From NCBI GenBank assembly GCA_905331295.1, contig CAJNYD010000443.1, positions 1-33,017 of the forward strand: a DNA stretch of 33,017 nt. Reading direction: 5' to 3'. Origin of the DNA: Rotaria socialis. Taxonomy: Eukaryota. Position 1 is the stretch's first letter. Every line of letters begins with the position of its first letter. The translations under genes and the position numbers were made by a program. The notes under the pieces were generated by a model. The model saw nothing but the letters and a program-made list of their open reading frames with translations. It was not told the origin of the DNA and ran no database searches. This document shows positions 1-8,901 of the stretch, piece by piece.

Positions 1-1060
1 AAAATGAATTCGATGGCAGCCGTATGTAGCATATATGCTAAGAATAATAAAATTAAATCTCCTCGATCGTTTATGAAAAATTGATCTGTTGTCAGCGAAA
101 TTCTTTAGGACAACTAGCGACAAAACTGAAGCGTAACTTTTTTTCTGCAATAAATATTCACTAAGTCGAAAATGTGTGAATCAATATATGAACTGTACTT
201 TCAATGGATCGTGATTTGTACATTTTTTGACTGTTATACAATTTGCGAAAGGCGCCTAAACAATAGTTGACATCCTCATTGAATTTGTCACCAAGAAGCA
301 TTTTATCTCTTTCGGCCGTTTTTTACAGGAGAATAGGGGGCGATTTTCTCAATTTTGGTAAAAAACTGAGTATTTTCAGAATATTAAAACAAATGTGAAG
401 TTTCTATAAACCATCATCTTGTGCTTTCCGATATTATTTTCAATATTTTAAAAACAAACTTCACGTGTTCGAAAAGGGTTCAGCAATGATCAGACAGCTC
501 TTCAGACTGTGTAGTTGATGAAAACATGCTTTGAGATACAGATGAAAATGGAGTAGCTGCCTAATTCGACTTCAAATATAAATGAAAAAAAACCACTTTC
601 ATGTTTTCATCCAATCGTCGGGAAAAGATTTCCTTTTTATAAATTATAAAATTTATAAATTGACCTTCACTCCCATTTATAATTTAGGAATAGATTTAGA
701 TTTCCTTTTTATAAATTGTGAAATTATAATTTTAAAGTCAAATGTATTCAGTAAGTTGAGATCGTATGTAATTTAGGCATTTCGGATAGTTACAATTGTC
801 GTCTACATTTGAGAGGTATTAGTGTAAATATATTTTGATTGCTGTTTAAATTTTGTCGGATTGACTGTTCTTTTTTTAGTGTATCGAGTTCTAATATTGC
901 TGCCAAAGAGTATGCTATATCTAGATCAGATATTGAGGGAAAGCAGGCCTGAGTATCGGTTTGGAATTTTAGTGGTTTGAAGTGTTTCACTTTACGTGGT
1001 AATATCACTATTTGTTATTCGATGTTGAGTTCTGATATGCAGTCTTTTTTGTGTGGTTGT

Positions 1061-1266
1061 TGTGACGATTTATACATATGTTCGAGTATAAGTGATATTA
1101 TTGTACATAATAATATGTTCCTCTATCATGCGCTGTCTCTCTCTCTCTGTTCTCTTCCTGTTTCTGTGAATAGTGTGCGCTGAAGTGGAACAGACCTATA
1201 AAAGGAAGTGAGAAATTGAAATAAAGAAAATATAGAAAAACACGACATAGCTTCTTGTTCATTACA
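1061..1266 (+). repeat. 5' LTR (206 bp)
   Basis: Starts TGTGACGA, ends TCATTACA (imperfect terminal inverted repeat); TATAAAA at 1197-1203, AATAAA at 1220-1225; PBS abuts the 3' end. Confidence 0.85.
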
Positions 1267-1279
1267 TGGCGACCCTGTC
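1267..1279 (+). promoter_or_regulatory. Primer-binding site, probably tRNA-Arg
   Basis: TGGCGACCC immediately after ...TTACA; complementary to the ...GGTCG-CCA 3' end of eukaryotic tRNA-Arg. Confidence 0.8.
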
Positions 1280-1332
1280 AAAATAAACCTCAATCTTCTA
1301 ATCGAAAATAAATAAATAAGCTAAGTGAAATA

Positions 1333-2787
1333 ATGGCATCTGAAAAAGTAACAATTGAACAAGCGGTTCAAAAATTATCGGAAGCAAATAACAACAGCAA
1401 TGGGCGTCTGAATGCGCTCGAGACAAAACTAGATGAAATTCACCTCAATTTAATAGAACAGCATAAAAATATGAACATGGACGTACCAAATGAAATGATG
1501 AATGTACAAGAAAAAATGATAAATCAAATCGAAACCATTCAAAAAAGAACAGAAGAATTGCAAGCCACAACAACGTCCAAATTAGAAGAAAAACAACAAC
1601 AGTGGGAGCAATTAACAAACAATATTCGAGATATGAGAACAGAAATGAAAAAAAATTGTGAGGCGCTGGAAAGAAGAGCATTACGAAAAAATGATCAAAA
1701 TCAACTAATGGAAGAGAACGTATCCACGCCTCATACACAACTTAATTCATCAACAATCAATGAATCATTTGATAATGGTCAATCCGATCACCACAATATA
1801 ACAGAACAAAGACAACAGGCTGAGAATAATGCACGACAAATGTTATTAAATGAACGTCCCGCTCAAACAGCACACACCATCATTATCCCACCATCATCAT
1901 CAATACCAACATTTAGTGGAAGCACCTTGGAAAGTCCTCGTCAATTCCTCATTCGAGTCAAAGAATACGCAGAAACAATAAATTATTGGAATGACCAATT
2001 GCTTCTCAACGGCATCTCACAATTTCTTCGAGGTACGGCCCTTGAGTGGTACTGCCAACTACGTGTCTCAAATCGACGTCCACAAACTTGGATCGAATTC
2101 AAGGTAATTTTTCTCAATCAATTTAACTCACCAATCCGACGGGCACGACAAGAACAACAATGGAAAGACTGTAAACAAGAAGAAGAGGAAACAATTAATG
2201 AATTCATCGTTCGACTTCGTGCCCTCTGGCAAGAACAAAAGCCGAATGAAACAGAAAATGATCTCATCCGACACCTGATGTATAAGATGAGAAACAATTT
2301 ATTAACGATGATTGGAATATCCCGATGTGAATCATTAGATGAAATTATCACTGAAGCTCAAAAAATTGAAGAAATACTCTATCAGCGAAACAAACAACAA
2401 CATAGAAATGATAACCACGACTTATTGCACAATGATATATCAACAACAGCAATGTATAACAACGATGATCATCACGAGGTGCAAACAATGTCAGCTCATC
2501 AAACGAACCAACAAACAAAATCAAACAACAGAGGAAATTTTACGTCGAATAGAAATGGCAACTATAATGTCACACCTCGACAATCATATTATTCAACACA
2601 AGGCACACGCAACCAACGCAACTTATATTCATTAAATGAGACAAAATGTTACATGTGTGGAAGAAAAGGACACTTCAGAAAAGACTGTCCATATCAATAT
2701 AATACTTATCAACAACAGAATACTTGGCAGTATTCAAAAAACGTCGATGGAGCGCAAGATGAACGGGACCATGGCGCTCCAAACTAA
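1333..2787 (+). CDS. gag: Gag polyprotein (484 aa): N-terminal coiled coil, retrotransposon capsid domain, CCHC zinc knuckle
   Basis: Intact ORF; capsid-type motifs (PTFSG, LRGTALEWY, QEEEETINEF); CYMCGRKGHFRKDC = C-X2-C-X4-H-X4-C. Confidence 0.93.
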   Translation: MASEKVTIEQAVQKLSEANNNSNGRLNALETKLDEIHLNLIEQHKNMNMDVPNEMMNVQEKMINQIETIQKRTEELQATTTSKLEEKQQQWEQLTNNIRDMRTEMKKNCEALERRALRKNDQNQLMEENVSTPHTQLNSSTINESFDNGQSDHHNITEQRQQAENNARQMLLNERPAQTAHTIIIPPSSSIPTFSGSTLESPRQFLIRVKEYAETINYWNDQLLLNGISQFLRGTALEWYCQLRVSNRRPQTWIEFKVIFLNQFNSPIRRARQEQQWKDCKQEEEETINEFIVRLRALWQEQKPNETENDLIRHLMYKMRNNLLTMIGISRCESLDEIITEAQKIEEILYQRNKQQHRNDNHDLLHNDISTTAMYNNDDHHEVQTMSAHQTNQQTKSNNRGNFTSNRNGNYNVTPRQSYYSTQGTRNQRNLYSLNETKCYMCGRKGHFRKDCPYQYNTYQQQNTWQYSKNVDGAQDERDHGAPN

Positions 2788-2800
2788 ATTATCCCGTCCA
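2736..2800 (+). promoter_or_regulatory. Programmed -1 ribosomal frameshift signal: A AAA AAC slippery heptamer plus H-type pseudoknot
   Basis: Heptamer 2736-2742 is in the gag frame; 5-nt spacer; stem 1 TGGAGCGC (2748-2755)/GCGCTCCA (2774-2781); stem 2 TGaACGGGA (2760-2768)/TCCCGTCCA (2792-2800); pol lies in the -1 frame. Confidence 0.85.
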
Positions 2801-5800
2801 ACTATCCGCCGAAATTCACACTATGAACATTCACAACAATACTCCACTAATATTGCCCGGCATGGTAGCAGGAAGACGTACAAAATTGCTCATCGATTCG
2901 GGAGCATCACTCACTCTAATTAATCTTGAATTTTTTCTCCAGTTACCACGATATTATCGTCAAAAAGCAGAACTCCCTCCCCCGAATCTATGTCTTCAAT
3001 TAGCGGATAGATCACAATTATATGTCAAATATACCTTATCACTTCCAATTACTATTTCAAACTCAACACGTGTACATAGAATCTACGTGGTTCCAAAATT
3101 ATGGCGCTCATGTATTATTGGTAATGATCTTATTCGTAAACATAATCTTCAAATAGATGGTGGACGTCAATATGCATATTTCAAGTCAAAGAAAAGAAGC
3201 ACGCAGCTGCAACAGGAAAGAAAAGAAACAATTAACAACGACGATAAGTACGTGCTGATTGCCAATGAACGTATTAAAATTTCACCTCTTCATGCATTCA
3301 ACATTGAAGTTAAACCAATCAAGCCGTTCTCAATTACAGAAGATGATGAAGAAAATGAATACGAAGTAACATCAATAAAAGAAACTCCATGTGTAGCGAA
3401 TGGCATTATTACACCACATCAACAAATGACACTACAGGTGGCCAACTTAACAGAAAGAGCGATTATAATCTATAAAAATCAGCCGCTTGCGACAATGACT
3501 CGTCTTAATCAAACACAAATAAACATGGTGCAACATGGAATGATATCATCAACAACAAAACAGACGATATCAACAACAGATAATGAAGTAAGTTTAATCA
3601 ACACTGATCTAGATAAATATCAAAAAGAAAAAATAAAGCAACTCATTCACAAGTTTCCGGGTGTGTTTAATGAACAACCAGGAAGAACAAAAAAATTACA
3701 ACATCAAATCAATTTAGTTCCAGATGCGCAACCGGTTAATTCACCACCATTTCGATATGCACCAACAAGAAAACAAATGATCGAACAACACTTAAATGAA
3801 ATGTTAGATCAAGGAATTATCTCACCATCAACAAGCCCATGGGCATCACCAGTCATATTAGTACCAAAAAAGATGGAAGTTTACGTTTCTGTATCGACTA
3901 TCGAAAATTAAACACAGTAACAATTCGTGACGCATATCCACTTCCAAGAATAGATGATACATTAGATTCATTACAACAAGCAAAATTTGTATCTAGACTT
4001 GATTTACGCTCCGGATATTGGGAGGTGGAAATGGACAAAGATGCAAGACAAAAAACCGCCTTTGTAACACATAAAGGCCTATTTGAATTTAACGTTATGC
4101 CATTCGGATTAACAAATGCACCAGCAACATTTCAACGATTAATGGATATAGTATTAGCTGGTCTTAAGTGGCAATGTTGTCTCGTATACATCGATGATGT
4201 GGTCATTTTCTCTCCAACATTTGAACAACACATGACGGATTTAGAAAGAGTATTTCAAGCTCTTCAATCCGCAAATCTGACATTGAAAGCATCAAAATGT
4301 CAATTCTGCCGTCGAGAAATGCGTTATTTGGGACACATCATCACACAAAATGGCATTAAACCAGATCCAGATTTAATCAAATCCGTAACGAATTTTCCTC
4401 AGCCGAAGAAAATCAAAGATGTTCAATCATTCCTGGGTTTAACTGGTTATTATCGCCGATTCATCAAGGATTACTCAAAAATAGCGGAGCCACTGTTACA
4501 ACAGCTTCGAAACTCTCAACAAGGTAATCATCAATTGAAATGGTCAAAAGAATGCACCAATGCCTTTGAAACATTAAAAAAAAGATTAACAAATGCGCCA
4601 ATTATGAATACACCAAACTTTGAACAACCGTTCATATTGGAACTCGATGCTTGTGAATATGGCTTGGGGGCAATATTAACACAAGAATATGATGAAAATA
4701 AATATGTAATAGCTTATGCAAGCCGAACATTATCAACAGCTGAACGAAAATATGGAGCGACAGAACGAGAAGCATTAGCCATTTTATGGGCAACAAAATA
4801 TTTTCGTCCATACCTCGAAGGAAATAAAATTTACGTTAGATCAGATTGTAAAGCATTAGAATGGATGCGAACGGCAAAATATGTAACAGGTCGATTAGCC
4901 CGCTGGGCGATGAAATTGTCAGCTTATCAAATCGAAGAAATCAAATATCGCCCTGGGAAATTAAACGCTAACGCCGATTCGTTATCACGTAATCCACTAC
5001 CAATTGATGATATCAATCAATATGAAGTGTCAGCAATAGAAACAGCTGTTAACCTATGGCAAAATACAAATATTCTTAATGATATAAAAAAAGAACAAGA
5101 AGTCGACTCGAAATTAAAACCAATTATTGAACTTTTAAAAAACAAGTCAACGTTAGAATTTAATGACAAACGTAATCCACATGTTCTCGTTAATGGATTA
5201 TTATACAAGATTAAAAACTCAAAGAAGCATTATAATCAACGTATAGTTGGAGAAAAACATTTACTTGTCATTCCGAAAACAATGCAAAATGAACTACTAA
5301 GATGGGCTCATGATCACCCAACAGCTGGACACGGTGGTCAACAAAAAACATTATTTAGACTGTCGACAAGAGTATATTGGAAATCAATGAGAAAAGATAT
5401 ATTTAATTACGTAGCTGCGTGTCAAGAATGTCAACAATTCAAATATAAAAACGCTCCAACATCAAGTTTAATGCAAATGCATTTAGTGAACGAGCCGTGA
5501 CACACAATTGGTATGGATATTTTAGGACCACTGCCGACTACAACAAGACAAAAACGATTTCTCCTCGTTGTGGTAGATTATTTTACTCGATGGGTCGAAC
5601 TGTTTCCACTAAAATCAACTACATCAAATGATATAGCAAACATCCTCACCAACGAAATATTCTCAAGATATGGATTACCAAAACACATCGTATCAGATAA
5701 TGGTCCACAATTCGTCTCGAACTTATTCAAAAATCTCTGTGATATGTTGGGAATTAAACAAAATTTAACAGCAAATTACCACCAGAGAGCAATATGACAG

Positions 5801-6579
5801 AACGTGTGAACAGAACATTAAAGCCGTTAATTGCCATATACGCTCAACAACGACCCAACTCATGGGATAATGAAATTCAAAAATTAGCTTTCGCAATCCG
5901 AACAGCAGTCAATGATACAACAGGTGAAACTCCAGCATTTATGATGTTCGGTCGAGATCCTAGAGGACCACTTGATTTATTAATTGGTGAAACAACAGAA
6001 GAAGCACAGCCGACAACTAGTGAGCATCGACAAATTCAAGAATATAAAAAGAATTTAATCAATAATCTACGATGGGCGTATAATATTGTTAAAGAACATT
6101 CAGAAATAGAAAAATTAAAACAAAAAGAAAACTACGACCAACACACAACTCAAAGACAATACAACGAAGGTGATCTCGTATGGGTGGCGAGGCCAGCAGC
6201 GTATATTGGAGAAAACTCTATGGGAGGAAAATTACAACCACATTATTACGGTCCATGTCGGTTAATCAAACAGCTATCACCGAACACGTTCACAGTATGT
6301 CGTTTAAGTGATAATGTGAACGTGGGTGCAACGAATACAGATAGAATCAAACCATATATCGAATTAAACAGAAACAACCGAGGGACGACAACAACCACAA
6401 AGGATCAATCAGCTCAAGAAAAACAGACTGAAACATTAATCAACAAACAAGAAGCACGATTATCCGATTTATATTTACGAAATGTGAAAAGAAATCAACC
6501 GCCAATGGGCAATAATTCACCGCAGCGTCGAGCGTCAGATCGTCAACGCAGAGTGCCGATGCGCTATATTGAAAATTAA
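2742..6579 (+). pseudogene. pol: Pol polyprotein (aspartic protease, RT, RNase H, integrase), inactivated
   Basis: LIDSGAS protease; [20 protein letters not shown] and [32 protein letters not shown] RNase [13 protein letters not shown] zinc finger, MDIL/SDNG/TERVNR DDE, YYGPC. Lesions: TGA 2760-2762, 1-nt loss in A-run at about 3866-3871, TGA 5498-5500 (EPW->EP*), frameshift at about 5783. Confidence 0.93.
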
Positions 6580-7127
6580 ACAATAAACGATAGCATCGAT
6601 TAGATAACAAAATTAGGTGACACAAAAACGAAAAAAAAAAGCTTTTATTTTGTTTGTTTGTGTTTCGGTCAGTGCGTTCAGTCACTGGCAACGATCGCTT
6701 CTCTACGTGTATATTTTTTTTTCTCTCTCTCGCGTGTTCGTATGTTTCCGTTTTGGTGGATGTTCTATGTGAGTGTGTTCGACGCTAATTTTTGTTGATC
6801 AACTGTCGTTTCATTCTCTACTCAACCAGACGCCCAGGAGTGCGTCTCGTCTGGATNGCTACTATAAGCAGAATCAGGATCATAGCTCATCAGCGAGATA
6901 CCAACGTCTGGACGGTTTTGAGGTTTGATAAATGAACCATAATTCGGATCAGATCCGACACCTAGCAATTATAATCTTTCATAAAAGCAATATTCTCTAA
7001 TAATCATCAGCATCATAATAGTAACTACCCGGAAAAGAGTCACTAGGATGACTTCCCAGGTCGTTCCTGCCCGGCCGTAAACGGCCGTACACCAAACATT
7101 CACGTTGAAAAACGGCATTCGTTTACA

Positions 7128-7505
7128 CTGGCCGTTTACGGCAGTCATATACGATGTTTTACCGCGTATTACGTTAATCGTAAACAGTGACCGTAAACTT
7201 TCGCCTTTTACGACTACCGTAAAAATACGGAGAAAGTAAAAGATGCTCGGATAATGTCGTGAAATATCGTAAACGATAGCTACTTTCAGTGGCCGTTTAC
7301 GACAGACATATACAACGTTTTACGATGTATTACGATAATCGTAATCAATGACCGTAAACGTTCGCCTTTTACGACTACCGTGAAAATACGGCGACTGTAG
7401 ACGCCGGTCATATACGAAGTTTTACGAGGTATTACGTTAATGGTAAACAGTGAACGTAAACGTTCGACTTTAACAACTACCGTGAAAATACAGTGACTGT
7501 AAACG
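7128..7505. repeat. Three diverged ~100-bp direct repeats inside the CCCAGG element
   Basis: CATATACGA..GTATTACG.TAAT.GTAA.CA.TGA.CGTAAAC.TTCG.CTTT.AC.ACTACCGT.AAAATAC recurs three times. Confidence 0.8.
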
Positions 7506-7760
7506 AGATTCAGAATGTGCGATAACACGGGGAAACAAACTGATTTCAATAGGCGAAATCAATCGGAATCGCATGAAATCGGACGAAATCATCGAAATCA
7601 GTAGAAATCATGGAAATCATCAGAAAACAAAAGGGATTATTTGAAATAGCTAAAAACCATTCGAAATCATTTCAAACGATCTAAAAGATTTCAAGTAAAT
7701 TAGCCTGATTTCTCATGATTTCTAGTGATTTTGATAACTTTTTCGCGCCATTGAAAATCG

Positions 7761-7848
7761 TGAGGGTGTGTGTGTGGGTGGATCTGGGTGTAACTGTTAT
7801 TTTTCGTTAATCCACATTCGGACTCCCACACCCACACCCACGCCCTCA
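7761..7848. repeat. Inverted telomere-type hexamer cassette
   Basis: TGAGGG TGTGTG TGTGGG TG ... CCCACA CCCACA CCCACG CCCTCA. Confidence 0.75.
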
Positions 7849-8130
7849 AGATATATTTTCGTTTGTGGTTATTGAATTCAGGGATTGATTTAAAATGCGA
7901 AATCTGAAATCACATTTATCTTCGATTTCTTTTCGTCGAATCTTCGTTTCGCGTTTTCCCGATTCAAGTTAAGTCGCATGTCCACAATTCAGTTTGTCTT
8001 CCGGTTTTCCTCAAATCCCTGTTCATTTTCCACCCAATTCGCAGTCTCCTGGAAATCACTCGAACTTTAAGTCGAAAGAAAATGTTTTTTTTTATTATAA
8101 ATGTCAGGATTCTAAAAACCAAGTGCAATC

Positions 8131-8355
8131 TTTTTGAAATCTGTTGGAAATCTGCTGCAAAATCGCAATTAAGTCTTTTTGAAATCTGAATGAAATCCAT
8201 TTCAGATCCAAATGAAATCTCGTTGAAATCTAAACGAAAACATTTTGTAATCCAAATGAAATCTTTTTGAAATCTAAATGAAATCTTTTTGAAGTCTAAA
8301 TGAAATCTTTTCGAAATCTAAAATAGAATCGTTTTGAAATTCGAATGAAATCTGT
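8131..8355. repeat. GAAATC-based minisatellite (11/22-bp period)
   Basis: Repeated AAATGAAATCTTTTTGAAATCT-like units. Confidence 0.8.
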
Positions 8356-8687
8356 TTGATTCGCAGGTGAAATCATCGAGAATAACGAATGGAAAACTGC
8401 TGCCTACTTTGATGTTCGGCAGTCTTGGTGGTCGTAAACGGCTGTATATGTTAAGATACGGCGATTCTCGTTGTCGTAAACTGTCGTTTCAGTCAAAATA
8501 CGACCGTGTCACGGCACTGTTTTTAACGTTTACGTCACGGTGGGTTACGGCCGTAACAGGGGGCATACCAAACGGGTTATTTACGTCCCGTATACGGTCG
8601 TAACTCTGACGGTACGGCCGTTTGCGGTATCATGCACGGTTGGTTACGGCCACTGTAATGTTCGTCCTGGGTTGCCCAACTCATGCG

Positions 8688-8901
8688 TGTGCCGATATAA
8701 ACACTCGGTCTATCCTAATCAATGTATATAACGACTTTATCCTCATTCTCATGTGTATTCTCTCTTCCTCTTTGTCGTGTTCCTTCTCGTTATCTCCCGT
8801 TGAGTGACGCGCCCCGGAGAAAGAAAGTGTATCTATAAAAGGAGAAGGATGATTGCAGCAAAACAGTTCGATATCACGATAAAACGTCTCTTATCGTTAC
8901 A
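8688..8901 (+). mobile_element. Solo LTR (214 bp)
   Basis: TGTGCCGATA...TATCGTTACA termini; TATAAAA at 8834-8840; 5-bp TSD ATGCG/GTGCG; absent from the paralogous exon. Confidence 0.85.

Larger units (their letters stand above)
1061..6856 (+). mobile_element. Ty3/Gypsy LTR retrotransposon (5' LTR, PBS, gag, disrupted pol, 3' UTR); 3' end lost in assembly gap at 6857
   Basis: LTR with TG...CA ends followed directly by a PBS; gag with CCHC knuckle; pol domain order PR-RT-RH-IN, diagnostic of Ty3/Gypsy; sequence ends at an N before any 3' LTR. Confidence 0.95.
7055..8671. mobile_element. Non-autonomous DNA transposon, CCCAGG...CCTGGG termini, 2-bp TSD (TT); CMC/EnSpm-like
   Basis: TIR CCCAGGTCG / CGTCCTGGG; removing it plus one TT restores the host exon relative to the paralog; subterminal ACGGCCGT/CCGTAA motifs at both ends. 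Confidence 0.8.

Noticed and set aside
620..735. Duplicated GATTTCCTTTTTATAAATT motif about 73 bp apart, and ORFs 582-1183
   Set aside because: Low-complexity local duplication with no definable element ends; the ORFs are short and motif-less
780..1060. Possibility that the Gypsy element inserted into the secreted-protein paralog, leaving its 3' exon upstream of the LTR
   Set aside because: Sequence upstream of 1061 shows no similarity to the 3' exon of the intact copy
7128..7505. Repeated ~100-bp units as a CRISPR array
   Set aside because: Units are diverged, lack unique equal-length spacers, lie inside a transposon, and there are no cas genes; eukaryotic context
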